Source: an uncultured Gemmatimonadales bacterium (GTDB taxonomy: Bacteria; Gemmatimonadota; Gemmatimonadetes; Longimicrobiales; RSA9). From it: a stretch of DNA of 64,000 nucleotides. The translations under genes were made by a program, and so were the position numbers. The notes under the pieces are model-generated. The model was not told where the DNA came from and made no database searches. It saw only the letters and a program-made list of their open reading frames with translations. The stretch lies in assembly GCA_963798085.1 (NCBI GenBank), contig CAWCRS010000002.1, positions 224,001 to 288,000 on the forward strand, read 5' to 3'. Positions 43,357 through 54,092 of the stretch are shown here, one piece after another (the stretch's first letter is position 1; the number at the start of each line of letters is the position of its first letter).

Positions 43357-45507
43357 TCAGTGGGCGCGGCCGGCGCTCCCCTTGCCTGCCGTGATGGCGG
43401 ACCACGTCGCATTGCGGAAACGACCGGCGTCATGCACGGCGCGCAGTGTCTGCCGCAGGCCGGGCAGCAGTGCCCGGCCGCGGTCGGTGCCGGCGAGATC
43501 GTCGACTTCCCACGGGTCGACGCTGATATCGTACAGCTCCTCCGCACCATCGCCGTTGCGTATGTAATGCAGTGATCCCAGCACCAGGGACTTCATCGGT
43601 CCGCGCTTGATGGGTCCATCGAAGTCGGACAGCGCGTAGGGGTTGGCTTCAGAGAGGATGTCTTCGCTTGTCGTATCCGCGGTGGTCCATGCCCGCCGCA
43701 GCGAACTTCCGGGGAACGGCGTCGGCGCGAGCCCGGCGAGGTCGGTGATGGTGGCGGCCATGTCGCGGAGCGAGAAGGGCCGGGCGATGCGTACGCCCTG
43801 CGGCACAGTGCCCGGCAGCACGGCCACGAGCGGCACGTGGATGAGCGGCGAATACAGGCTGTTGGAGTGGCCTTCCAGTCCGTGCTCGAGGAACTGCTCG
43901 CCATGGTCGGAGGTCACGATCACCAGCGTGTTGCGCAGCAGTCCCTTCGCCTCCAGTGCGTCGAGCAGGTGACCGAGCGCGTCGTCCATGAAGGCGATGG
44001 CACTGTCATAGCGGTCGATGACGGACTGTTCCTCGTCGCTCAGCAGCTCCTTGTGGTTCGGCCCGGTGACCAGCGAATCGCGAGCGTATCCGGGCGGGAA
44101 CGCGTCCAGGAAGCGGGGGAAGCGCTCGTAGGGATCGTGCGCATCGAAGTAGTTGAGAAAGGCGAAGAAGGGCCGCGGCCCCACGTCGTCCAGCCAGCTC
44201 AATAACTCCCGGTTAACATCGGTGGCGTACTTGCGCGCGAACAGGCGGGGTCCGCCGGGCACGAGCGCACGCACGGCTTTCGTTGCCAGGGCGAGCATCT
44301 CCGCCGACTCCAGCCATGTGGGCAGGTCCAGCTGATGGTCCCGGTAGGCAGTGAAGCCGCGCGCCAGTCCGGTCTTGTGCGTAGTGAAGATCAGGTTGCC
44401 GACAAAGCCGCCGGTCACGTAGCCGTGTTCGCTCAGGAAGCCCGCCAGCGTGGGATACGCGTCATCCAGCGTGTGCACCCAGTCGCTGGACAGCTCGTTG
44501 TACCAGCGGCCGGTCATGAGGCTGGCGTGGGAGGGCAGCGTCCAGGGCGCGGCGGAATACGCGCGGTCGAACACCGTCCCGCGCTCGCTCAGCCGTGCCA
44601 GGTGCGGCGTCGTCGGCCGGGGATAACCGTAGATTTGCAGGTTGCCGGCGCGCACCGCGTCGAGCACCACGAGCAGCACGTTCGGGCGCGCGGGATCGGC
44701 GGTCACCGCCGCCATGCGCGAGCGTTCGCGCGCGTGGCGAACGGGGTGCAGCCCGATGAAGGCGATGAGCGTGCCTCCCGCCACCAGCGCGCCCGCCGTA
44801 TTGGCGTAACGCAGCAGCGCATCGCCCCGGCGTGACAGCAGTCGTGCCAGCTGGTAGCCGATGCCCAGCGCCAGCACCACCTTCGCAATCGGATGAATGC
44901 CGGAGCGCTTGAGCGCGAGCAGCAGGCCCAGCACGCCCAGCGAGAAGAGCACGAAGAGCAGCGAGCGCAGCGCGAGCCGGCGCTGTGGCACCGCGCCGAG
45001 TCCGTAGAGCAGCAGCGTCGCCAGCACGAAGAGGGCGGCGAGTCCCGTGGGAATCATCCAGAGCGCATCAGGATTCGACCACTCGAAGAACACGCCGTCG
45101 ACGCGATACTTCAGCGTCTTCGTCAGCACCTCGAGCGCACCGAACACGAGTCCGCTCGACAGGGCGATCGTGCAGGAAGCGGCGAGGCCGAGCGCCGGCT
45201 CGCGCTGGAACAGGCGCTGGCGCACACCACGCACGCCACCGGGCGACAGCAGCGCGGCGAAGCCGGCAACGGCAATGCCGCCCAGCAGCAGCGTGATGCC
45301 CAATGCGACGCGGCTCCAGCGCCGCAGGTAACCGTCGAGTGTGTAGTGCCCGCGGCCGCCGAGCATGTGGTTCAGGAAATCGAAACTCCGGCCTTCCTGC
45401 GCAGAACGAATGAGGTGGGGCGCCACGTACCAGGCCATCGGCAGCCAGCACAGCAACACGAAAACTGCGATTGCCGCGTAGCGAACTGCGAGTTTCCGCT
45501 TCTCCAT
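43357..45507 (-). CDS. Membrane-anchored sulfatase-like hydrolase/transferase
   Basis: About 7 N-terminal TM helices; PNVLLVVLDAVRA, APWTLPSHASLMTG, YFDAHDPY, TSDHGE. Confidence 0.88.
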   Translation of the reverse strand: MEKRKLAVRYAAIAVFVLLCWLPMAWYVAPHLIRSAQEGRSFDFLNHMLGGRGHYTLDGYLRRWSRVALGITLLLGGIAVAGFAALLSPGGVRGVRQRLFQREPALGLAASCTIALSSGLVFGALEVLTKTLKYRVDGVFFEWSNPDALWMIPTGLAALFVLATLLLYGLGAVPQRRLALRSLLFVLFSLGVLGLLLALKRSGIHPIAKVVLALGIGYQLARLLSRRGDALLRYANTAGALVAGGTLIAFIGLHPVRHARERSRMAAVTADPARPNVLLVVLDAVRAGNLQIYGYPRPTTPHLARLSERGTVFDRAYSAAPWTLPSHASLMTGRWYNELSSDWVHTLDDAYPTLAGFLSEHGYVTGGFVGNLIFTTHKTGLARGFTAYRDHQLDLPTWLESAEMLALATKAVRALVPGGPRLFARKYATDVNRELLSWLDDVGPRPFFAFLNYFDAHDPYERFPRFLDAFPPGYARDSLVTGPNHKELLSDEEQSVIDRYDSAIAFMDDALGHLLDALEAKGLLRNTLVIVTSDHGEQFLEHGLEGHSNSLYSPLIHVPLVAVLPGTVPQGVRIARPFSLRDMAATITDLAGLAPTPFPGSSLRRAWTTADTTSEDILSEANPYALSDFDGPIKRGPMKSLVLGSLHYIRNGDGAEELYDISVDPWEVDDLAGTDRGRALLPGLRQTLRAVHDAGRFRNATWSAITAGKGSAGRAH

Positions 45508-45843
45508 GTACTCCGATCCACGATGAACGCGGCAGCCCCGAGCTCCGGGCGCCCGCGACGCTGGAGGCAAGAACGCTGCCGTGCCCTGCTGTGCATTGCC
45601 GCCTGCACAACGGTCACACCGCGCGCCACCCGAGGCAACGGTGCAACAGGCAGAGGCGAGCGCGGCGGCCCGGTCGCCTTGTTGCCGGCTGCTCTCGCGC
45701 GGCGGCTTTCAGCGGTGCACTGCAGGGCCGTGCCGTCCCTGATTTCAGGGGTACTGCAGGGCACGATTCTTGACCCCCTCACCCGCCGAAACACGGCTGG
45801 CGGACCGTTGACAACGTCTCGGCCTGGAGCACAAGCTCAACGC

Positions 45844-46257
45844 ATGTTGCTTACCATCGACGACATCACCGTGGGCGATACCTGCACCGAGCAGGTCGAG
45901 TTCACGCCCGAGAAGACGGCGCAGTTTCTCCGCCTCACGGGCGATGCGGCAGGTATCCATACGGTCGAGTCGTTCTCCCGCGGCATGGGCTACGACAACC
46001 TGGTCGTGTACGGTTTTCTGCTGAGCCTGCAGTTTTCGCGAATGCTCGGCATGCAGCTGCCTGGCGAGAATACGGTGATCGGTTCCATTCAGCTGGACTT
46101 CCACGAGCCGGTGTACGTGGGAGACACGGTCACGTACACGGCGACAGTGCGACGCATCATCAAGCCTCTCGGTCTTGTGGCGCTGGATCTGGACGTGCGC
46201 AAGAGCAATGGGACGCTGTGCGTCCAGGGGAAGACGACGTGCGCCTTCAAGGCCTGA
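45844..46257 (+). CDS. MaoC family (hot-dog) dehydratase
   Basis: F.RLTGD...IH, VYGFL, LPG, F.EPVYVGD. Confidence 0.85.
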   Translation: MLLTIDDITVGDTCTEQVEFTPEKTAQFLRLTGDAAGIHTVESFSRGMGYDNLVVYGFLLSLQFSRMLGMQLPGENTVIGSIQLDFHEPVYVGDTVTYTATVRRIIKPLGLVALDLDVRKSNGTLCVQGKTTCAFKA

Positions 46258-46351
46258 AGCGGCCGGAACCGTCTCACTCGCCGACAGCCATCGAACGCGT
46301 GCGCAGCCGCCCCGGCATCACTCACTCGAACGCCCACGTCTGAGGCGACCC

Positions 46352-47246
46352 ATGGCATTGGAAGCACTCGAACGGTTCCAGAACGAGCTGTTCAGCAACG
46401 CGCAGATTTTCCGCAAGACGTTCCAGGACGTGCAGTCCGCGTTCGGACCGCCATGGGAGGCCGAGTTCGACGAGCACCTGCGCAATCTCTTCGGCGACAA
46501 TGTCGAGGCGTACCGCAGCGCCATTCGCGGCTACAGCCGCTTCGCCATCGATGCCATGCGCCTGCAGCGCATCTTCAACAAGAAGAAGAAGTACGAGGAC
46601 CAGAGCTACGAAGAGGCGTACGAGCACGTCTACATGAACCCGGATTACATGATGAATCTGTACCTTCCGGGTATTTTCGTTTCCCACTTCCTGTGGCGGC
46701 ACCACTACCGTCAGTTCGGCTACTACAAGCAGCAGTTCCTGCCGCGGCTGGACTCGGTGACCGACCGGCGCTTCTACGAGGTGGGCACGGGCACGGGCTT
46801 CTACACGGTCCAGGTCTACCGCCACGAACCGCGCTTTCACGGGTACGGCATTCGACATCAGTCCGCATTCGCGGCAGTTCACCCTGAACAACATCCGCGG
46901 CTGGGGCTTCGAGTCGCGCTTCACGTCGATGGAAACGAACATCATCAATGCCGGCCTCGAGCCGCTGCCGGTCGTGCAGTGCATCGAGGTGCTGGAGCAT
47001 CTTTCGGATCCGCAGACGTTCCTGGACCACCTGCGCAAGATGCTGTTACCGGGCGGGCACGGCTTCATCACGGCGGCGCTGACGGCGCCCAATGCGGACC
47101 ACATCGACCTGTACTGGACGCCGCAGGACGTGATCGACCAGCTGGAGTCCGCGGGCTTCAAGGTCGAGGATCACATTGAGGAGCTGGCGTACGAAGGCGC
47201 GCCCGGCGAGATCGTGCCCAAGGTGGCGGCCTTCATCGTGTCGTAG
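46352..47246 (+). CDS. Class I SAM-dependent methyltransferase, frameshift near 46850
   Basis: FYEVGTGTG, GYG | DIS, CIEVLEHLSDP, LLPGG. Confidence 0.82.
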
Positions 47247-47265
47247 CCGGACGAGACGCAGAAGC

Positions 47266-49135
47266 ATGGATGAATCGAAGAACGTGAACCGCAGTGGTGT
47301 GGGCCCGGCTGCACTGCCGCCGTTCCCGCAGCTGCAGCGCTGGAATGCGACGCCGCTGCCGGATCTGCCCGCACTGAAGATCGCGGTGCTGCGCAATATC
47401 GTGCTGGACCCGGTGGTGCCCCACCTGCGCTGGCTGGCCTGGCGCGAGGGCTTCAACGCTTCGGTGCGCTTCGGCGAGTACGACAACATTGTGCAGGAAG
47501 CCGTGGGCGGTGCGCCCGGCCTGCTGGACGAGAACACGGACTGCGTGCTCGTCTTCATGCGCCTCGACACACTCTCGCCGCGGCTGACACTCGATTACGC
47601 CAGCCTGTCGAGCGAAGAGATCGCCGGCGAAATCGAGCGTATCCGCGCGACCGTTACGGACGTCATCGCGGGGATCCGCCGCCAGACCAGCGCGCTCGTG
47701 CTGTGGCACAGCTTCGAGCAGCCGGTGCAGCCGGCACTGGGCATTCTGGACGGCCAGCAGCCGGGTGAGGGGCAGACCGGTGTGGTGCGCAGGCTGAACG
47801 ACGCGCTTGCGGATGCATTGCGCGCGACGCGCAACGCGTACAGCGTCGACATGAATCGCCTGCTGGCTCGCGTGGGCGCGAACGAGTTCTACGATGCGCG
47901 CTACTGGCACGCGGCGCGGGCGCCGTACACGCTGGCGGCCGTGCGCGAGATCGCGTTCGAGGCCACGAAGTACCTGCGAGCGCTGAAGGGTCGCGCGCGC
48001 AAATGCCTGGTACTCGACTGCGACGGCGTGCTCTGGGGCGGTACCATCGGCGAGGATGGCCTGGCCGGGATCAAGCTGGGCACCACGTTCCCGGGTTCCG
48101 CCTACCGCGAGTTCCAGCAGGAGATCCTGAACCTGCACAGGCGCGGCGTGCTGCTCGCGCTGTGCAGCAAGAACAACGCGGACGATGTCTGGGACGTGTT
48201 CGACCGGCACCCCGACATGGTGCTGCGGCGCGAGCATCTCGGCGGCGACGCGCGTGAACTGGACGGACAAGGCGACCAATCTGCGCGAGCTCGCGCAGGA
48301 GCTGAACATTGGTGTAGACAGCCTGGTCATGGTGGATGACAGCGACTTCGAGGTCGACCTGATCCGCGAGTTCCTGCCCGAGGTCACGGTGATCGGCATG
48401 CCCGCGGGCAAGCCCACGGAGTATCGCGGCATCCTGGCGGGCTCCGGGCTGTTCGACACGCTCACGCTCTCGGCGGAGGACCGCGCGCGCGGCGCCGCCT
48501 ACCAGGCGGAAGTGGCCCGCAAGCGGCTGCAGAGCGAAACGGCCGACATGGGCTCGTTCCTGCAATCGCTGGCGATGTCGCTGGAGATCCGGCTGGCCGA
48601 CGATTTCGCGCAGCCGCGCATCGCGCAGCTGACGCAGAAGACGAACCAGTTCAACCTGACGACTCGCCGTTATTCGGAAGAGGACATTCAGCGGTTCCGG
48701 GAAAGCGACGACGCGGATGTCATTTACCTGCGGTACCGCGACCGCTTCGGCGATGCCGGCATCGTGGGCGTGTGCATCCTGCGCTACGAGCACGACGCGG
48801 CGGTGGTGGACAGCCTCATGCTCTCCTGCCGCATCCTGGGTCGCAGCGTAGAGCAGACGTTCCTGGCGCACTGCCTGGCGCGCGCCGGCCTGCGCGGCGC
48901 GGTCCGCGCGCTGGGCGAGTACCGGCCCACCGCGAAGAATGCACAGGTGAAGGAATTCTATCCGGCCAATGGCTTCTCTTCTGCGGCCGGGCTTGCGGAA
49001 GGCGTCTATCGCATCGAGCTGGCCGCGCTGCCTTTGCCGGCCGCCACGCTGTTCCGCATCGAAACCGATCTCATGCAGGAAAGCAGTCTACCGGAGTCAC
49101 GAGTACTCGGGATCCAAGGAGAAGCCACGGCATGA
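47266..49135 (+). CDS. FkbH-family HAD-IIIC phosphatase/glyceryltransferase, frameshift near 48240
   Basis: KCLVLDCDGVLWGG.IGEDG, LCSKNN | VNW.DK, VDD, QL.QKTNQFNLTTRRY, DRFGD.G, LSCRILGR.VE. Confidence 0.9.
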
Positions 49136-49380
49136 AGCAGCGCGTGTTGCGTATCGTCAGCAATGTGCTGGGCCAGCCGGTCGAGAGTCTCGACGGTGCG
49201 TCGTCGCCTGACACCGTCGAGTCCTGGGATTCCCTGAACCACATGAATCTCGTGCTCGCGCTCGAGGAGGAGTTCGGCGTGCAGTTCAGCGACGACCAGA
49301 TCATGCAGCTGCTCTCGGTCGACGCCATCATCGCCGCCCTCGGCCAGGTGGTGCCGACCAACGACAATGTCGCTGGTTGA
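49132..49380 (+). CDS. Acyl carrier protein
   Basis: WDSLNHMNLVLALEEEFGVQF; ATGA overlap with FkbH. Confidence 0.9.
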   Translation: MKQRVLRIVSNVLGQPVESLDGASSPDTVESWDSLNHMNLVLALEEEFGVQFSDDQIMQLLSVDAIIAALGQVVPTNDNVAG

Positions 49381-49966
49381 TGTCGGCGGTGTTCTCCGCG
49401 GCTACAGTTTCCGTCAGCTGCTGGGCCGGCTGGCGGAGGAGTACCTGTGGTGGGTCATCCGCAGCTGGCCCGGCTTCGAGGGTGTCTACTTCCGCTACCT
49501 CTTCCTGAAGCTCTTCACGAAACGGCTGGACGGCTTCTGCTGGATCGCGCAGGGCTGCTCCATCGTCAACTGCCACGCCCTGTCCATTGGCCGCAATTTC
49601 GCCACCAGCCGCAATGTCATGATCAATGCGCTGGGCGGCCTCGAGATCGGCGACGACACGGGCGTGGGTCCGAATTCGGTGATCCTCGCGCTGGAGCACC
49701 GCATGGTGAGTCCGGGCGGCCATTTCGGGGCGCAGGCGAGGCGCCTGACGCCCATCCGCATTGGCTCACGCGTCTGGATCGGCGCGAACTGCTTCCTCAA
49801 GGCAGGCATCACGGTCGGTGACGACGTGGTGGTGGCCGCCTGCTCCAACGTGATCGGCGATGTTCCGGCTAACAGCCGCGTCATCGGTTCCCCGGCCCGG
49901 CCCTACTTCGAGGTACTGCGCGAAATGGCCGGAAAGAGTCATGGCCGCGCCGGCAAGAGTTCCTGA
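49367..49966 (+). CDS. Hexapeptide-repeat (LbH) acyltransferase
   Basis: LEIGDDTGVG, IRIGSRVWIGAN, ITVGDDVVVAA, GSPAR. Confidence 0.88.
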   Translation: MSLVDVGGVLRGYSFRQLLGRLAEEYLWWVIRSWPGFEGVYFRYLFLKLFTKRLDGFCWIAQGCSIVNCHALSIGRNFATSRNVMINALGGLEIGDDTGVGPNSVILALEHRMVSPGGHFGAQARRLTPIRIGSRVWIGANCFLKAGITVGDDVVVAACSNVIGDVPANSRVIGSPARPYFEVLREMAGKSHGRAGKSS

Positions 49967-51689
49967 GAACGGCGCGTTAGCCCCGGACGCCGCATCCGCC
50001 ATGGCCAGCACAATGCCTCGCCGCGCGCGCTCGCGCTATCTGCTGGTGGCGCTGCTGGCCGCGCTGCTCTACCTGCCTGCGTTCTGGTGGGGCGCACCGC
50101 ACGCGACTACTGCCGAGCGCGCGCACGCCTGGGGCGTGGATGATGAAACGCCGCTCGGCCCGCTGACCGAGCTGCGCGCCATCGTGCACCCCACACCCGG
50201 CCGCAACCTGGGGTACCCGCTGGGCTACGTGTTCATGGCGGCCGCCGCCTACTCGCCCTACCTCGCGTACCTCGAACTCAGCGGCGGGCTGGGCCCGGTC
50301 CGCGCCACCTACCCCTATGGTCTCGCGGATCCCGTCCGTGCGCTGCGCAACCTCACGGTGATCGCGCATTTCCTGACCGTGCTGCTGGCGGTGGGCGTAA
50401 TCCTGTGTGCGTACGACGCCGCACGCAGCCTGTGGGATGAGCGAACGGCGCTGCTGACAGCGGCGTTCGCGGCGGTGGTAACGCCGATGTTCTACTACGG
50501 CCGCAGCGGCAATGTCGACGTGCCCATGCTGTTCTTCATTGCCCTGGCGGTGGCGCTCTATGCGCGCGCGATCCGGTACGGCCTGACCGTGCGCCGCGCG
50601 ATCGTGCTGGGGGCCGCGGTGGGCGTGGCGCTGGGCACCAAGGAATCCGCGCTGGGTGCGTTCCTCGCGTTTCCCTTCGTGCTCGCGTTCACACACTGGG
50701 GCGGCAGGCGGGAACCGGCGGCCGCGCGGCCGTCATTCAAGGCACCGCTCGTGGCGCTGCTCGCGGCGTTCCTGGCGCTGGGTCTGAGCAGCGGCCTGTT
50801 CGTCGAGCCGGGCCGCTATTTCGCACACATCGCCTTCCTGCGGGGCCGCATCGAGTCGGCCGCGACCGGCGAGGTGATTCCCTTCACCTATCCGAACACG
50901 TGGCAGGGTAACATCGCGTTTGGTACGCTGATGCTGCAGCACCTGGCGGCGCTGCTGACGTGGGCGGGGCTGGCGCTGGCCGCACTGGGCCTGGGCTGGA
51001 CGCTGCTGCGCGAGCGACGCAGTGCGCTGCTGGCATTGCCCGCCTTCACCTACCTCGGCTTCATGTTCGTGGAGGCGCGAACGGAGCAGCTGCGTTATGT
51101 GCTGCCGGCGGGCTTCATCATGGCCGCCTTCGCGGCGAGGGCTGTGGTGCTGGGGTGGCAGTCCCGCCATGTCTGGCTGCGCGTGGCCGTCTCGGCGGCT
51201 GGCCTCTACGCGCTCGGCGTCTGCCTGCTGCAGGGCGCAGACCTCACGTGGCAGATGCTGCACGACTCCCGTTACACGGCAGGGGAATGGCTGGAGCAGC
51301 GGGCACCGGCGGGAACGCGCATCGAGTATTTCGGCGCCAGCCAGAAGCTGCCGCCGCTGCGTGGTAATGTCGAGACGGCGAGGGCGAACGAATTCCTGGG
51401 CATGTTCCGGCGCCCGTCGACGGACAGCGCACAGGCGGAGGAGATCCTGGCGGGGTGGGCGGCGCGGCGGCCGGCGTTCGTGCTGGTGATTCCGGACCAC
51501 TCGTCGAAGCCGGGGCAGCCGTACGATAACACCATGCCGCCCCGGCTCTATGAGGCACTGCTGCGGGGTGATCGCGGGTACCGCCTGGCCGCGCTGTTCC
51601 AGACACCGCGGCTGTTCTCGTGGATCGCGCCGATTCCGCTGGACTATCCGGTCGTCAATCCACCGATCCGCGTCTTCGCGCCGGACTGA
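49941..51689 (+). CDS. GT-C fold membrane glycosyltransferase (ArnT/PMT-like, GT39/83)
   Basis: First loop W..DDE, NVDVP, LGTKE, RYVLP; about 11 TM helices. Confidence 0.8.
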   Translation: MAAPARVPENGALAPDAASAMASTMPRRARSRYLLVALLAALLYLPAFWWGAPHATTAERAHAWGVDDETPLGPLTELRAIVHPTPGRNLGYPLGYVFMAAAAYSPYLAYLELSGGLGPVRATYPYGLADPVRALRNLTVIAHFLTVLLAVGVILCAYDAARSLWDERTALLTAAFAAVVTPMFYYGRSGNVDVPMLFFIALAVALYARAIRYGLTVRRAIVLGAAVGVALGTKESALGAFLAFPFVLAFTHWGGRREPAAARPSFKAPLVALLAAFLALGLSSGLFVEPGRYFAHIAFLRGRIESAATGEVIPFTYPNTWQGNIAFGTLMLQHLAALLTWAGLALAALGLGWTLLRERRSALLALPAFTYLGFMFVEARTEQLRYVLPAGFIMAAFAARAVVLGWQSRHVWLRVAVSAAGLYALGVCLLQGADLTWQMLHDSRYTAGEWLEQRAPAGTRIEYFGASQKLPPLRGNVETARANEFLGMFRRPSTDSAQAEEILAGWAARRPAFVLVIPDHSSKPGQPYDNTMPPRLYEALLRGDRGYRLAALFQTPRLFSWIAPIPLDYPVVNPPIRVFAPD

Positions 51690-51764
51690 CGACGGAACGT
51701 CGTCGCCCTGTCACATCCTGACCCGTGTCACGGGCGACGGGCGCGTACTGCTGAAAGCGGTGGT

Positions 51765-52088
51765 TCAGCGACGACGCACAGCACGCTTGCGCGCCGTCGT
51801 CTTCACTTTCGCGCGGCGTGTTGCCTTCTTCGCCGGCTTGCGTGTGCGGGCGGGTGCACTGGCGACGGCACGGGCCAGCTGATTGACCAGACGATCGAGT
51901 TCCTTAGCGCGCCGGCGGGCCAGCTTGAGCACGGCGCCCTGCCAGCCGGTGGGCGCACGGCGGTGACCCGGATTGTTCGGGTCGAGCCGGCACAGCGCGA
52001 GTACGCCGGGGCTCGAGCCCATGTCGCGCGCCAGATCCTTCAGCGTGGGCCCGCTGATCAACTGCGTCGTGACTTGCTGGAAGTCCAT
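51765..52088 (-). CDS. Small basic protein, HTH-like N-terminus and K/R/A-rich tail (paralog 2)
   Basis: MDFQQVTTQLISGPTLKDLARDMGSS..RLDPNNPGHRRAPTGWQ; homolog of 19768-20088. Confidence 0.75.
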   Translation of the reverse strand: MDFQQVTTQLISGPTLKDLARDMGSSPGVLALCRLDPNNPGHRRAPTGWQGAVLKLARRRAKELDRLVNQLARAVASAPARTRKPAKKATRRAKVKTTARKRAVRRR

Positions 52089-52494
52089 GTGTTCACCAGC
52101 CCGAAAGGGTGCGTACCCGGGGGACGCGCAATGTTGAGTCAGGGCCGGGCGGGGCGCAAGGGCAACCGGCTGCAACAGGCCATTTCGGTCGGACCGGCCC
52201 GCCGTCCGTCCGCCCGCGGATCTGCTCATGCGCTGTTAAGCGGCACTGCCACCCTGTCCGGTTACCGCAGGGCGTTTGATCGCCGCGATCATGGGCGTGA
52301 CCGCCATGAGCGCGCGGATGGGAAGCGTGATGGGAGGGCCTGGCTCAGCAAATCCCGTGTCAGTGAGTGCAGCGGTCAGAACGGGCTGGAGAGGGCGAAG
52401 CTCAGCAGGAAGAACGTCCGCACGGGCCCGGCCCCGGGGCGAAGCAGCCGTGTCCATGGCGCCAGCGATAACTGAACGTTAGAACGCCGGGACT

Positions 52495-53229
52495 TCAGCC
52501 CGCGCCGGCCGGACCCGGTTCGAGGCTGCTCCAGCCGAACAGTGCGGGCAGGTCGGCGACGCCGTCCAGCATGAAGTCGGGCATGGCCGCGCGCAGCATG
52601 GCATCCGGCTGGGTGCCGCTGCGCACGACCGCGGTCCAGGCCCCCGCGTTCCTGCCCTCTTCGATATCGAGCACCGTGTCGCCGACCTTGAGGACCTGGC
52701 GCGCTTCCGTGATCCCGAGCTTGGCCATGGCATCGAGGATCATGCGCGGGTCGGGCCGGCCGGCGCCCAGCGTTTCGGCACTGGCCACGTACGCCACCAG
52801 CCCGGCCTCGCGCCAGCCGAAACGCGCCACAATGCTCTCGACCAGCTCGGGCGGGAATCCACTGCCCAGGCCGGCGTGCACGCCATGATGCCGCAACAAC
52901 TCTAACACGCGTGTTGTGCCCGGCATTTCGCGCATGTCCGCCACCTGTGCTTCCAGCCGGCTCAGGAGTCGGGCGACGATTGCGTTCACCTCTTCGTCGC
53001 GTGGCGGCGTACCGGGCCGCTTCAGGCGCAGCAGTTCACGGACGGCGCTGCGTTTGTCGCGGCCGCGGTGCCTGGCGAGATCGTCTGCGTCCACGCTCAC
53101 GCCGGCTTCGGCGAAGCTGGCGCGCAGTGCTTCGACCACGCGCGAGCCACCGCCAGCCGCATCACTCACGGTCGTGCCGGCCATGTCGAACATCACGAGG
53201 TGGATGGCGGCGGGATCGAAGGTGCTCAT
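52495..53229 (-). CDS. HAD hydrolase, phosphonatase-like
   Basis: FDMAGTTV, GRPDP.MI, KVGDT..DI.EG.NAG. Confidence 0.88.
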   Translation of the reverse strand: MSTFDPAAIHLVMFDMAGTTVSDAAGGGSRVVEALRASFAEAGVSVDADDLARHRGRDKRSAVRELLRLKRPGTPPRDEEVNAIVARLLSRLEAQVADMREMPGTTRVLELLRHHGVHAGLGSGFPPELVESIVARFGWREAGLVAYVASAETLGAGRPDPRMILDAMAKLGITEARQVLKVGDTVLDIEEGRNAGAWTAVVRSGTQPDAMLRAAMPDFMLDGVADLPALFGWSSLEPGPAGAG

Positions 53230-53277
53230 GGTTGGACAGGCGACGACGCCGTTCGGGCCACCGTCGCCTCGCCGGTT

Positions 53278-53697
53278 TCAGCTGCGCGTGTCGAGCGCGC
53301 GGGCAGGCTGCGCATCCCACGCATCATTGTCGGACTTCGGCGGGATCATGACGATGACGCCCTTGCCGCCATCACTGTCCAGGCAGTCGCCCGCGAAGCT
53401 CTTGTCATCCTGAAGCAGCAGCGTGCAACGCACCGTCGCATCACCGGGCGAGAACGTGAACAGCAGGCGCTTCGCTTCCACCTTGATGCCGCTGGCCAGC
53501 AGCTCGCCCATGGGCGTCTTGAGCGTCAGGTGTGTGGTGTCACCGGCGACGCGCACCTCGAACGTCGCAGCGATCGCGTCTGCATCGGGTGGCTTGATCG
53601 TGCCCGTCCACGTCCCCGCTTTCAGTTTCTGCGCCCCGGCGGACACGGGCAGCGCGCACAGCGCCAATGCCATGAGACACAGGATGCGGCCCCGCAT
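53278..53697 (-). CDS. Secreted hypothetical protein
   Basis: Signal peptide, GTWTG motif, GGGAGG RBS. Confidence 0.7.
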   Translation of the reverse strand: MRGRILCLMALALCALPVSAGAQKLKAGTWTGTIKPPDADAIAATFEVRVAGDTTHLTLKTPMGELLASGIKVEAKRLLFTFSPGDATVRCTLLLQDDKSFAGDCLDSDGGKGVIVMIPPKSDNDAWDAQPARALDTRS

Positions 53698-54092
53698 AAC
53701 GTACCTCCCTCTGGGTGTGAGACCACCATACGCGGCGCGCGCAGGCCCGGTTTCCCCGGCGGGCCGGATTCGCCCTCTGCGAAAACTGCGTACCCCGCAG
53801 CACGCCGGCCGGCCGGTGGCGGGGGGCGCGACGTGGCACGCGGCGAGGCGCGCGCAGTCCGGCCGGCCGGCGTCGGGCTCTCGCGGCGGGCCGGCGGATC
53901 GACCACCCGTCGTCGCCTGTAATGTGCTGTCAGACACGGTGCAGCCGGTACAGCTCGACGGGCGGGTTCCTGAGGCAGCGGGCTCGACTCGAGATCTCCG
54001 CCCGCTGTTCCGCACTCATGTACGTGCGCGGCAGGGCGACAGGCCCCAGATTGTGGATCAACCATCCCGACATTGCACATTCGTGAGGCCGC

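Noticed and set aside
45808..45846. TTGACA-N18-CAAGCT leaderless promoter for the FkbH cluster
   Set aside because: The -10 match is weak and the spacer suboptimal; plausible but not supportable without TSS data.
20081..52089. The paralog start codons lie exactly 32000 bp apart
   Set aside because: Flanks are unrelated and the copies are diverged. Treated as coincidence, not a segmental duplication.
52236..52457. 73-aa minus-strand ORF
   Set aside because: No motif and weak RBS; cannot be told from a chance ORF.
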